From Patescibacteria group bacterium (GTDB lineage Bacteria; Patescibacteriota; Patescibacteriia; Veblenbacterales; UBA10138), in assembly GCA_041645215.1 (NCBI GenBank), contig JBAZQK010000004.1, positions 2,475 to 66,474 of the forward strand: a stretch of DNA of 64,000 bases, given 5' to 3'. The notes beneath the pieces were generated by a model that saw nothing but the letters and a program-made list of their open reading frames with translations, ran no database searches and had not been told where the DNA came from. Below, one piece after another: positions 26,999-36,399 of this stretch; the stretch's first letter is position 1, and each line of letters starts with the position of its first letter. A program made the translations under genes and the position numbers.

Positions 26999-28507
26999 AT
27001 GAAATATTTTTTATACATTAGAAAATCAACAGACGAGGACGACAGACAAGTTTTGTCGTTGGAAGCGCAGGAAACGGAATTGAAAGAATTTGCCTTGCGG
27101 GAAAATCTTTTGATCGCCGCGACTTTTCGAGAATCGCAAACTGCCAAAGAGCCGGGCAGACCGATTTTCAACGATATGCTCAAACGAATGGAAAGCGGCG
27201 AAGCCGAAGGGATTTTAGCGTGGCACCCCGATAGATTGGCAAGAAATAGCATAGACGGCGGACGAGTTATTTTTCTGATTGATACCGGAAAAATCAAGGC
27301 GCTAAAATCCCCGACATTTTGGTTTGAGCCGACCCCGCAAGGCAAATTTATGTTGAATATCGCTTTTGGGCAATCCAAATATTTTGTGGATAATCTTTCA
27401 GAGAATACCAAAAGAGGGTTGCGTCAAAAATTGCGCCGAGGCGAATTGCCCGGCTATGCTCCGCTCGGCTATTTGAACGATTTGCTAAAGCACACAATGT
27501 ATAAAGACCCAGAGAGATTTCGCCTCGTCAAGAAAATTTTTGAACTTTACGCAACTGGCAATTATTCTCTGAAAGATGTGCGGAAGTTAATAACTTCCGC
27601 TGGCTTGTTGAGCCGAAAGAAAAATATGCTTTCCGTTTCAAATATCCAAAGCATACTTTCAAATTCTTTTTATTACGGCGTTTTCAAATATAACGGCGAA
27701 ATGTATGACGGAAAGCATGAGCCAATGATTCCAAAGAAACTTTTTGAAGCGTGCCAAAAAGTAATGGCGGATCGTTCGCGCCCGAAAAAACCAAGCCAAA
27801 AAGAATATCCATTTAGAAATATGCTCGTTTGCGGTGAGTGCGGGTGCGCCATCACTTCCGAAACGCAAAAAGGACATAACTATTATCGTTGCACCAAAAA
27901 GCGGGATAAAAAATGTTCGCAAAAATATATTCGCGAGGAAGTTTTGGCAAGCCAGATTAAAGACGAGATTCAAAAAGTTTCTTTGTCTTCCGCTTGGGCG
28001 GAGTGGATGTTAAGCGAGATGAATAAAGAAGAAGCGGAAGCCGCCCAAAGCGGAGCCGTTTTCGCTCAAAATCTTAAAGACAAAATAAAAGAACTTGAAG
28101 GAAAGCTCGACCTACTTTTGGACGCACATTTGGACGGCACAATTTCTCGCGAGGAATACACCGCTAAAAAGGAAAAAATCATCAACGAAAAAAGCGAGTT
28201 TTCCGAAAAATCAAAGGATTTTGAGCGAAACGGCAATCATTGGCTCGAACCGGCCAGACAATTCATTTTAGCGGCTCAACAAGCCAAAATTGTCGCTTTG
28301 CAAGAAAATCCCGTCGCGGGACGGGATTTTCTCAAAAGGATTGGCTCGAACCGCGTTTTGCTTTCGCAAAAGGTGGCGATTGAACCCAAAAAATCTTGGC
28401 AAATACTATACAACCTGCCTGCCGAGGCGCGAAGCGCCGAGGCAATAAACTCACAACATACAATTTGGCTCCGGGGGTGGGACTCGAACCCACGACCAAG
28501 TGCTTAA
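26999..28507 (+). CDS. large serine recombinase (resolvase/invertase catalytic domain + recombinase domain + zinc ribbon)
   Basis: N-terminal YIRKSTDEDDRQVLSLEAQ (catalytic Ser), recombinase domain, Cys-rich CGECGCAITSE...YYRC, coiled-coil tail. The last ~50 codons are encoded by IR-B copy 2 and the tRNA-Asn 3' end. Confidence 0.9.
   Translation: MKYFLYIRKSTDEDDRQVLSLEAQETELKEFALRENLLIAATFRESQTAKEPGRPIFNDMLKRMESGEAEGILAWHPDRLARNSIDGGRVIFLIDTGKIKALKSPTFWFEPTPQGKFMLNIAFGQSKYFVDNLSENTKRGLRQKLRRGELPGYAPLGYLNDLLKHTMYKDPERFRLVKKIFELYATGNYSLKDVRKLITSAGLLSRKKNMLSVSNIQSILSNSFYYGVFKYNGEMYDGKHEPMIPKKLFEACQKVMADRSRPKKPSQKEYPFRNMLVCGECGCAITSETQKGHNYYRCTKKRDKKCSQKYIREEVLASQIKDEIQKVSLSSAWAEWMLSEMNKEEAEAAQSGAVFAQNLKDKIKELEGKLDLLLDAHLDGTISREEYTAKKEKIINEKSEFSEKSKDFERNGNHWLEPARQFILAAQQAKIVALQENPVAGRDFLKRIGSNRVLLSQKVAIEPKKSWQILYNLPAEARSAEAINSQHTIWLRGWDSNPRPSA
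28347..28472. repeat. IR-B copy 2 (inverted), ends with core TTGGCTCCG fused to the tRNA-Asn 3' end
   Basis: Identical to the reverse complement of 26772..26898. The core equals the last nucleotides of tRNA-Asn (GGAGCCAA). Confidence 0.9.
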
Positions 28508-28540
28508 CAGGCACCTGCTCTACCACTGAGCTACCCCGGA
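28466..28540 (-). tRNA. tRNA-Asn (anticodon GTT), CCA encoded
   Basis: Cloverleaf folded by hand. Acceptor TCCGGGG/CCCCGGA, D-arm GCTC-AGTGGTA-GAGC, anticodon loop CTGTTAA, T-arm GTGGG-TTCGAGT-CCCAC, discriminator G plus CCA. Confidence 0.9.
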
Positions 28541-28800
28541 AAGTTAAATGACTTTTGTTTTAATAAACTTCTTAAATATTCTTTACCGCTACCTGATTTA
28601 AAATACTTCTCCCTTTTCCTGGCATCATTTCTACTACCTACTCTTTCCGAATAAACCAACACCCACGGATAGTAACCTTTAGTTGAAAAAACTCTTTTGT
28701 TATTATGTTCATGCAACCGCTGTTTAATATTTTGGGACATCCCAACGTATAATCGACGATCAATTGAACTTTGAATTACATAAATTGAATATATAGGCAC
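28531..28800 (-). CDS. small GIY-YIG nuclease family protein
   Basis: 89 aa: YSIYVIQS...RLYVGMSQNIKQRLHEHN...G (GIY-YIG core). Stop codon lies within tRNA-Asn nt 2-10. Confidence 0.85.
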   Translation of the reverse strand: MPIYSIYVIQSSIDRRLYVGMSQNIKQRLHEHNNKRVFSTKGYYPWVLVYSERVGSRNDARKREKYFKSGSGKEYLRSLLKQKSFNFPG

Positions 28801-28841
28801 AACTCAATTATACACCTACTCCCTGCCTACCGGCAGGCAGG

Positions 28842-28861
28842 TACCGCTGAGCTACCCCGGA
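28842..28861. repeat. duplicate of tRNA-Asn 5' segment (nt ~1-17)
   Basis: accgctgagctaccccgga versus tRNA 5' end accactgagctaccccgga (28523-28541). Lies on the far side of the GIY-YIG ORF. Confidence 0.6.
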
Positions 28862-28999
28862 TTATTAAAGATCGCCTGCAAAAGAGCATCTCCTTAAAAG
28901 GAAATGCTCTTGTATACTAAACTATTCTTTCCCGCCTGACAAGGGTATGGCTGGTAAAACACCCTTGAAGAAATAAAAATTATTTGATACCATATCCTT

Positions 29000-29242
29000 A
29001 TGAGCGAACGCCATTACGAGAATGACAAGCCACCCAAAATGGAGGACGGTAAATTTTACAACATTGACCCGTTAATTGAAGTTAATGGTAAAATTTTTCG
29101 TAAAGTCCAATGCGAATACAGAAACCCAAGCAATCCTGATGAATATGCGGTCCGCGGTATTCCTGAAGGTAGTGATGAAATGAAATCTTTTGTATTGGGT
29201 TTTACGGACGATGGGGTAAAAATTACCGTAACTCAAGAATAA
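29000..29242 (+). CDS. hypothetical protein
   Basis: 80-aa hydrophilic ORF. Confidence 0.35.
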   Translation: MSERHYENDKPPKMEDGKFYNIDPLIEVNGKIFRKVQCEYRNPSNPDEYAVRGIPEGSDEMKSFVLGFTDDGVKITVTQE

Positions 29243-29307
29243 AGAATTAAAAACTCCGATTGAAAGAGGGTCTTACCCGCCGCTACGCCGAATAAAGTAA
29301 AATCATT

Positions 29308-29754
29308 ATGAGCAATCCTGATAAAAATACCCAAAACGAAATGGCCCTGGCCGAATTCAGGCTATGCCAGGAACAAATAGACAAATACGACGCGTCTTTG
29401 GACCACATCAGAACTTGGACTATAACCTTGTGGATAGCCACGCTGGGTTGGTCGTTTCAGACCAAACGCCAGGAAGTGGTGCTTTTAAGCATGGTGGCGG
29501 TAATTATCTTCTGGCTGCTCGACGCTATTAACAAATCATTCCGCGAGAATTATAAAACGCGGCGTGACCAAATAGCTACGGCTCTGCAATTACTCTTTAA
29601 CCAAGGGGTCTTACCGGTAGGATTTTCTTCTCCTCAGCTCCCGGCTCATGAAAAACTATTCAGCCAGACTTTAAGGGTAATGTTTTATTTCCATACGGCC
29701 CTGGTCTACATTATTCTTTTAATAATTTCACTACTGCTTTACCTGCAAATTTAA
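29308..29754 (+). CDS. hypothetical membrane protein
   Basis: 148 aa with 3 predicted TM helices. Confidence 0.5.
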   Translation: MSNPDKNTQNEMALAEFRLCQEQIDKYDASLDHIRTWTITLWIATLGWSFQTKRQEVVLLSMVAVIIFWLLDAINKSFRENYKTRRDQIATALQLLFNQGVLPVGFSSPQLPAHEKLFSQTLRVMFYFHTALVYIILLIISLLLYLQI

Positions 29755-29817
29755 AACCAATAAAGAACCGTCCCGATGTACATCGGAACGGTTCTTTAGT
29801 TAGGCAAAATTTAATAA

Positions 29818-30846
29818 CTATGCCTTATCCAAAAAGTCAGTCCAACGTTTGGCTGTACGCTCTTTCCACACGCCTGAGTGATAGGCGTACGCCGCAATTA
29901 AAGGTAAGGTCAGGGTGGCTTCGGCATACACCATTTGTTCGTAAGTGGTTTCCACTTTCCCCCAGGAACTCGCCTCTTTCAAAGTAGAACTGGAACAAGC
30001 GCCATCGCGCACATCCGCCACCGTCAGCTGCACTGCGTACTTGTGCATAGGTACTTCGTGCCCTAAGACTTCGGCAGCCACCACTGTGTCCTGGGCAAAA
30101 TTCTTAGGCACACCGCCGCCAATCATTAGTAAACCGGTTAAGGGCGCGGCCATTTTAATTTTAGTTAGTTCCAAAAAATCTTTGACTGAATCAATCGCCA
30201 CGTGTTTTTCAGGATGATGATACTGGTGATAAACCAAACCAAAACCGGCTGACGAATCGGAAAAAGCCGGACAGAAAATCGGCACACCCTGCTCGTAAGC
30301 AACTTGGACTAATGAATCCGGTTTTTTAGCTCCGCCATTTTTCAAGAATTTACCCATCTCCCGGATAAATTCACGAGATGAATATGGTTTAGCTTCCAGA
30401 CTGTCGGCAATTTTAGCCACCGCGCTGTCACACTCTTTAAGTTCATCCTCATTAATAAAAGTGTCGTAGATGCGGTCAATGTGCAAGTCGCGCATCAGAT
30501 TGTCGTCAACAAACGGCGTGCCTTGATAATGTTTAAACCCCAGTGCTTCAAAAAAATCCATATCCACGATGGAGGCGCCAGTGGCCACAATCACATCTAC
30601 CATGTGATTTTTCACCAAATCAACGTAAACCTGCATACAACCAGCCGCGCTGGTGGAACCGGCCAACGTTAAAATAACCGTACCGCCTTTTTCCGCCAGC
30701 ATCATCTTGTAAATTTCCGCCGCCCGGGCTAGGTCGCGTGAGGAAAATGACATTTTGCTCATGGCCGGCACTAAATACGACGGGTCAATTTTGGTAAAAT
30801 CAATATGTTCAATTGGCTCTTTTAGGAAATCAGCTTGAGTAGGCAT
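29818..30846 (-). CDS. deoxyhypusine synthase-like protein (DHS-like NAD-binding fold)
   Basis: Length and conserved blocks (TLAGSTSAAG, VIVATGASIVDMDFFEALG, GGGVPKNF) typical of deoxyhypusine/homospermidine synthase family. Confidence 0.7.
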   Translation of the reverse strand: MPTQADFLKEPIEHIDFTKIDPSYLVPAMSKMSFSSRDLARAAEIYKMMLAEKGGTVILTLAGSTSAAGCMQVYVDLVKNHMVDVIVATGASIVDMDFFEALGFKHYQGTPFVDDNLMRDLHIDRIYDTFINEDELKECDSAVAKIADSLEAKPYSSREFIREMGKFLKNGGAKKPDSLVQVAYEQGVPIFCPAFSDSSAGFGLVYHQYHHPEKHVAIDSVKDFLELTKIKMAAPLTGLLMIGGGVPKNFAQDTVVAAEVLGHEVPMHKYAVQLTVADVRDGACSSSTLKEASSWGKVETTYEQMVYAEATLTLPLIAAYAYHSGVWKERTAKRWTDFLDKA

Positions 30847-31327
30847 AGAAAATTAGAATTACGAATTATGAATGATGAATTAAGAATAATCCATTAAAAA
30901 TCCTAAATCTTAAAACTTAAATCCCCGCCTGCCAAAGCTAAAGTCCTGAAAGATAATCTAACTATGAATATAAGTACTGTAATTCAAAGAGCTACTAGTT
31001 AATCAGGTAAGGCTAGCGGCGGGCAGGCTAAATAAATACCAAATCCCAAAATATAAATCTATTCAGTAATCAATTTAATGTTTATATGTTAATTTTGGGC
31101 TTGGTAGATTGGGAATTATTTCCCGCCCGAAGCGGGTCGGCCTATGGTGGAAGAAATTAGGATTTAGGAATTAGGAATTAGAAATTAACTTCTAGTAGTC
31201 TTTCAACTTACGAAACCTCAATAATAAAATAATAACATACGCGAGTCAGAAAATCAAAACCATCTCTTTAATCATTTGGTGCTGTCTAGGGGGGTTTATT
31301 TTGTCAATAAATTATATTCACTAATAA

Positions 31328-32230
31328 TTAATTATTTTTCTCACGCTCATCACGCGACAAAAGATCTAAAACCTCATAATTCTTAATTGGCTTAATAATT
31401 TCATCCTCTAAAATCATTCTGACGGTATTTTTATGTTTTTCCCAGGCTTTATCGTCTTGAAACCTTTCGCGCCGACGAATATACCAACTGTCCCACCAAC
31501 TTTTTAAAACTTGCGCCAATTTCTCTACGGAAATTTGCTTAGGACTGCCCGCCACCGCAATTTGCAAATTTTCTTTTACCACCCGATTATCAAATGGCGT
31601 GCCGTCAGCATTCCATTCTAGGGGTGGCAAACGGTAATATACTTGCTCACCATTACCCGGTTTATAAAGCCTTCGCATGCCGTTTCCAGGCTCTATTTCA
31701 AAACCATTCCAATAGGCCTCGGACTGATCAACTGCTTCGCCAACCAATACTTCCAATTTTTTCCCTGGATGCATTAACTCTTGCTGTTCTCGCGCCACTC
31801 CCAAAAGAAGCTCATCAACTCTCTGACTTAGGCCAGTCCCGCGATAGCCTCTGAATCCCTTAAATCCCGGCTTTTTCTCTTGTTTAGAAACAGGATAGCC
31901 AAGATAAAGTTTTGCTTCGGTTAAGGTAAAACGTATGGCCAAAATGCCATCCTGAACCGAACCATAAGCTCCGCTGACAAACTTATTATCAAGAGGATCT
32001 TTCAGCAAAGTACAGATGAAACGAGTTTTTGAATCCGGGTTTTTATTTCGGCTCATCTCTTCTTGAAAAACCTCCAATGACTCAACCTCGCCAGGTTTAA
32101 AATTTTTTTCCAGAAAAGCATGAAAATCGGCCAATGATTCTGCTTCAGGAGATAATATAACTTCTGCTTGATTACCAACACGCGTATACATATCTCTAAT
32201 GTCCTGCGCTGGAAATTCTCCTAACTTCAT
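31328..32230 (-). CDS. hypothetical protein
   Basis: 300-aa ORF with good coding periodicity. No recognised motif. Confidence 0.55.
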   Translation of the reverse strand: MKLGEFPAQDIRDMYTRVGNQAEVILSPEAESLADFHAFLEKNFKPGEVESLEVFQEEMSRNKNPDSKTRFICTLLKDPLDNKFVSGAYGSVQDGILAIRFTLTEAKLYLGYPVSKQEKKPGFKGFRGYRGTGLSQRVDELLLGVAREQQELMHPGKKLEVLVGEAVDQSEAYWNGFEIEPGNGMRRLYKPGNGEQVYYRLPPLEWNADGTPFDNRVVKENLQIAVAGSPKQISVEKLAQVLKSWWDSWYIRRRERFQDDKAWEKHKNTVRMILEDEIIKPIKNYEVLDLLSRDEREKNN

Positions 32231-32344
32231 ATATTAAAATCAAAAGTTAAAATTACAAATCAAACCCAAATTCCTAATTTCAAATTTTGACATTTAGTCA
32301 TTTAGTCATTGATTTGACATTTGAAATTAAAAATTTGTCATTAA

Positions 32345-33631
32345 CTAGTAGTCTTTCAGCTTGCGCATATCAAAATGATCCTGAATGCGCTCCAAGGCCT
32401 TAGCCTCAATCTGCCGAATGCGTTCGCGCGTCACGCCGAATTCCTGCCCCACCTCTTCCAAAGTGTGCGACACGCCGTCATGCAAACCAAACCGCATTTC
32501 CAAAATCTTCTGCTCGCGCGGCGTCAATTCCTGCACGATCGCCTTAACATGGTCGCGCAACAGCTGCATCGCCGCCACGCGGTCGGGCGACACTGTCTTA
32601 ATGTCCTCAATAAAATCACCCAAGGTGGAATCTTCGTCGTCCTCGCCGACTGATGTTTCTAAACTAATAGTTTCCTGGGAAATTTTTATAATATGATGAA
32701 TCTTTTCTATCGGCTCGCCCATTTCCGCGGCAATTTCCTCGGGCAACGGCTGGCGCCCCAAATCCTGAATTAATTGGCGTTCAATCTGCTGAAAACGGTT
32801 AATGGTTTCTACCATATGCACGGGAATGCGAATCGTGCGCGATTGGTCGGCCAAAGCGCGCGTAATCGCCTGACGAATCCACCAGGTGGCGTAAGTCGAA
32901 AATTTGTAGCCCTTGCGATAATCAAACTTTTCCACCGCTCGGAACATGCCGATATTACCCTCCTGAATTAAATCCAGCAACGATAATGATTTACCAGTGA
33001 ATTTTTTGGCAATTGATACCACCAAACGCAAGTTTGATTCAATCAAGCGTCGTTTGGCCTCTTGGTCGCCGCGCTCCTTACGCTTGGCCAAGACAATTTC
33101 CTCGTCGGCTTTTAACAACGGCACCTTACCAATTTCCCGTAAATACATTTGTATGGAGTCGGTCGAAATTTCCGAAAGATCATAAGGTTTTTTATCATTG
33201 GAAAGCCCGGCTCGTTTAAAAATACCCTCCTTTTTTTCGGCCATATCCAAAATACTGCCCTCGGTTTCCAATACCTGAATACCCTGCTTATCCAAATCAT
33301 CCAAAAAAATATCGTAGCGGTCAATATATTCCTCCACCTCGGGAAAGACGGCTAAAGCCTCGTCTTCGGTTACAAAACCGCGCGTTCGGCTTTTTTTTAT
33401 AAGACCAAAAATTTCGTCCTCGTTCGGCTCCAGTATCAACGGTTTGGCTTGGAACCGGCTTTTAACTTTTTTAACCGCTGACTTCTTAGCTTTGGCAGTC
33501 TTGCCCTTAACTTTGACCTTGCCAGTTAGCTTAGTAAACCGCTTAACTTTTGGCTTAAGGCCGGCCTTGGGCTTGGTTCTGGCAGGCGGGCGGCTAATCT
33601 TAGCTTTAGCGGCCGATTTCTTTTTTACCAT
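32345..33631 (-). CDS. rpoD: RNA polymerase primary sigma factor (sigma-70/RpoD)
   Basis: Region 2 [39 protein letters not shown], region 4 [26 protein letters not shown]. Lys-rich N-terminus. Downstream of dnaG. Confidence 0.95.
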   Translation of the reverse strand: MVKKKSAAKAKISRPPARTKPKAGLKPKVKRFTKLTGKVKVKGKTAKAKKSAVKKVKSRFQAKPLILEPNEDEIFGLIKKSRTRGFVTEDEALAVFPEVEEYIDRYDIFLDDLDKQGIQVLETEGSILDMAEKKEGIFKRAGLSNDKKPYDLSEISTDSIQMYLREIGKVPLLKADEEIVLAKRKERGDQEAKRRLIESNLRLVVSIAKKFTGKSLSLLDLIQEGNIGMFRAVEKFDYRKGYKFSTYATWWIRQAITRALADQSRTIRIPVHMVETINRFQQIERQLIQDLGRQPLPEEIAAEMGEPIEKIHHIIKISQETISLETSVGEDDEDSTLGDFIEDIKTVSPDRVAAMQLLRDHVKAIVQELTPREQKILEMRFGLHDGVSHTLEEVGQEFGVTRERIRQIEAKALERIQDHFDMRKLKDY

Positions 33632-33633
33632 AA

Positions 33634-35424
33634 TTAATTTTGCGAGTTGGATAATTGCTGACTAATTTTATTAAAATGATCTAACAAACTGGCGAGCTCT
33701 TCCTGGCTCCCCCGTTTTTCCGCATCCTTAATAGACAAACTAAGCTGTTTAAGCTCATTACTAAAATAATGCCGTCTAAGCTGAATGAGTAAATTTTGCG
33801 CTTCTTTAACTGCCGCGGTCTCGTCATAATCGGCAAAATCGCGCTCACCCATCATACCTAAAGCATCAAACTGACGGACTAAATCCGCCTCCGCCCATAA
33901 TTCACTGCGAAACTCATCAATATCAAAATCCTGAACTTTATTATAATAAATCATTAGTCGTTTGTAAAGTTCGGACAAATCCTTTCCGGCTAACATTTCA
34001 AAAGGTAAATTAGCCATTAACTCATTCCAATCCCGCTTAAACTTAATCAGCAAGGCCAATAACCGTTCGGACATTAAGCGTGGCCGGTCAATATTAGGCA
34101 AAGGCGTGGCGGCTGATTCAACTGCCGTATTTTTGGTCGGAGTTAGTTGGGCAAATTTTTGCCGCAAAGCTAGCTCATCCGTACTTATGACGCGCGCCAA
34201 TTGTTTTAAATAATAATCTTGCTCCACCGGATCAGGTAGTTTACTGATAGCTTTAAGCAAACGATTAGCCGCTACTTTCTTGCCTTCGCGCGTGGCCACA
34301 TCAACCTCTTTTAAAACAGTCTTAAACGCATAATCAACTATGGGCAAGGCTTGGGCAACGGCCGCCTGCCAGGCGGCAGTATCTTGACGGGCGCATTCGT
34401 CAGGATCTTTGCCGAACGGCAAAATTATAACTTTAACCTCCATTTCTGCTTGCAACGCTAAATCAATACCGCGCTCGGAAGCGCTCCGACCCGCCAAGTC
34501 AGCATCAAAGGCAATTCTAATTTCATTAGTATAGCGTTTGATTAATTTAATTTGGTCCGGTGTTAAGGCCGTGCCTGATGTCGCCACTACATTCTTGGTG
34601 CCAGCTTGCCAGACGCCGATAACATCCATATAACCCTCCACCAAAACCGCGTAGCCTGCCTCTTTTATATAGCTCTTGGCGCGATTAAGGTTATAAACCA
34701 AAAAACTTTTATTATAGGCCGGCCCTTGGGGTGAATTAATATATTTAGCCTCCTTAGCCTCCGCTGTCAGAACACGACCGCCAAAACCAACTATGCGGTT
34801 TTGCGCGTCAGCTATCGGGAACATTAAGCGTTCGCGAAACCGATCATATATACCCGGCCCCCGCTCACTCTTGAGGGCCAAACCAGCCGCGACTAATTCG
34901 TTAATGGTAAAACCTTGTTGGCGCAAATAATTACTTAATTTATCCCATTCCGGCAAGCTATAACCAATGCCGAAAGTATTTATACTGTCGTCAGTTATTT
35001 GACGCTCCCGCAAATAGGCCCGGACAGTTTGGGCCAACGACGATTTAAGAAGCTGCTCCTGAAAAAACATTTGCGCCTTTTCCAAAGCGTGCAGTAAACG
35101 CAAACGCTGGCTTGATTCAGCTGGACTGACTTTGTCCAAAGTAACTTGCGCCCGCCGCGCCAGCATTTCCAGCGCCTCGGGAAAATCCATACTCTCTAAG
35201 CGCTGTATAAATTCAAAAATATCACCGCCGCTATTGCAGCCAAAACAATGCCAAATCTGGCGTTCACGCGACACCATAAAAGACGGCGTTTTTTCATTAT
35301 GAAACGGGCACAATCCCTTCCAATTTTGACCAGCTTGCTTTAGGCGCACATATTCACCCACCACATCTATAATATCCAAGCGGGCTTTGATTTGTTGAAT
35401 AACATCAGACGAGGCCATAAACAA
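33634..35424 (-). CDS. dnaG: DNA primase DnaG
   Basis: Zinc ribbon [40 protein letters not shown] plus DxD. Classic dnaG-rpoD arrangement. Confidence 0.95.
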   Translation of the reverse strand: MFMASSDVIQQIKARLDIIDVVGEYVRLKQAGQNWKGLCPFHNEKTPSFMVSRERQIWHCFGCNSGGDIFEFIQRLESMDFPEALEMLARRAQVTLDKVSPAESSQRLRLLHALEKAQMFFQEQLLKSSLAQTVRAYLRERQITDDSINTFGIGYSLPEWDKLSNYLRQQGFTINELVAAGLALKSERGPGIYDRFRERLMFPIADAQNRIVGFGGRVLTAEAKEAKYINSPQGPAYNKSFLVYNLNRAKSYIKEAGYAVLVEGYMDVIGVWQAGTKNVVATSGTALTPDQIKLIKRYTNEIRIAFDADLAGRSASERGIDLALQAEMEVKVIILPFGKDPDECARQDTAAWQAAVAQALPIVDYAFKTVLKEVDVATREGKKVAANRLLKAISKLPDPVEQDYYLKQLARVISTDELALRQKFAQLTPTKNTAVESAATPLPNIDRPRLMSERLLALLIKFKRDWNELMANLPFEMLAGKDLSELYKRLMIYYNKVQDFDIDEFRSELWAEADLVRQFDALGMMGERDFADYDETAAVKEAQNLLIQLRRHYFSNELKQLSLSIKDAEKRGSQEELASLLDHFNKISQQLSNSQN

Positions 35425-35561
35425 CGGATGAATTAAATTATATACTATTCTTAGAGCGATATGTGAATATGATAGGTATCACCGCTTCATAGGTATTGTA
35501 AGGGGTTTAGAGAGCTTAGTCTATCAGTCTATTGAAGGGTATTTGGGCCGAAGGACCGCAG

Positions 35562-36197
35562 TTAGATAATTTTAATTTCAATAGAGCCTGACCCGATTTT
35601 TTTATACTCTTTGGGAAATTTATCAAGCTCAAATTCTATCGCCGTCAGGCTATCAATTCCTATACCATAACGCGCCTTAGCTTGTTTCATTTCTTGAACA
35701 AGCATCGTTTGTCTTTTTTTTTCCGTATAGTGTGGCTCTATTATTGTATTTTTTATAATCCCAAGACCCCTAAGGAGCCGACGCGGGCCGTCACGGCGGC
35801 CTGACCTAAAATACGTTCCCAAAACCATAGCACCGGCTGATTCACCAATAATATAAGAAGCATTTTTAATCAAATTTAATAACCGAGAATTTGATTTAAT
35901 TTTCTTAATTAGATTAACATGCTCGCTGCCACCGCTTATGAAAACTAACGGCGAACGAGCCTTGTTAATATCGGATTTATTGGCAGCATTAAGATAATTT
36001 ATTCCCGGCAAATGAATATGCCTATGGAACCAATCTCCACTCCATTCTATTTCTTGGGTTTGCGTGCGGGCAAAAGGAATATGAAGGACTTGTTTTACCC
36101 CCAAGCGTTTTATAACTTTTTCAATAAGTTTTAATTCCCGCGCTACCTGCCTGGGCTCAGCGCCGCCAAATAAAAATACTTTCATTGATTTATACAT
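35562..36197 (-). CDS. peptidase S51 / class-I glutamine amidotransferase-like (peptidase E/cyanophycinase-like)
   Basis: GESAGA nucleophile-elbow motif and overall Rossmann-like layout. 211 aa. Confidence 0.55.
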   Translation of the reverse strand: MYKSMKVFLFGGAEPRQVARELKLIEKVIKRLGVKQVLHIPFARTQTQEIEWSGDWFHRHIHLPGINYLNAANKSDINKARSPLVFISGGSEHVNLIKKIKSNSRLLNLIKNASYIIGESAGAMVLGTYFRSGRRDGPRRLLRGLGIIKNTIIEPHYTEKKRQTMLVQEMKQAKARYGIGIDSLTAIEFELDKFPKEYKKIGSGSIEIKII

Positions 36198-36399
36198 TTA
36201 CTTATAAATTGGCCCTACCTTTCCTTAATTTTGGTAAAATTGAACAGGTACTATCTAATGTTACACTATAGAGAAATAATTTATTTGCGGGGTTCTACTC
36301 TGAACGAGCAGGACGGCGGGACTTCACTTTTCGCGCCTACGGAACTTGTGTCAACTAACGCTGATACGCCACTTTTTATGGTTAATGTTAATTATAATT

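Noticed and set aside
26511-27002. 163-aa ORF on + strand (and 23747..23965 +) overlapping the island repeats
   Set aside because: Lies entirely within IR-A/IR-B repeat DNA and its inverted copy. Low-complexity translation. Better explained as non-coding recombination arms.
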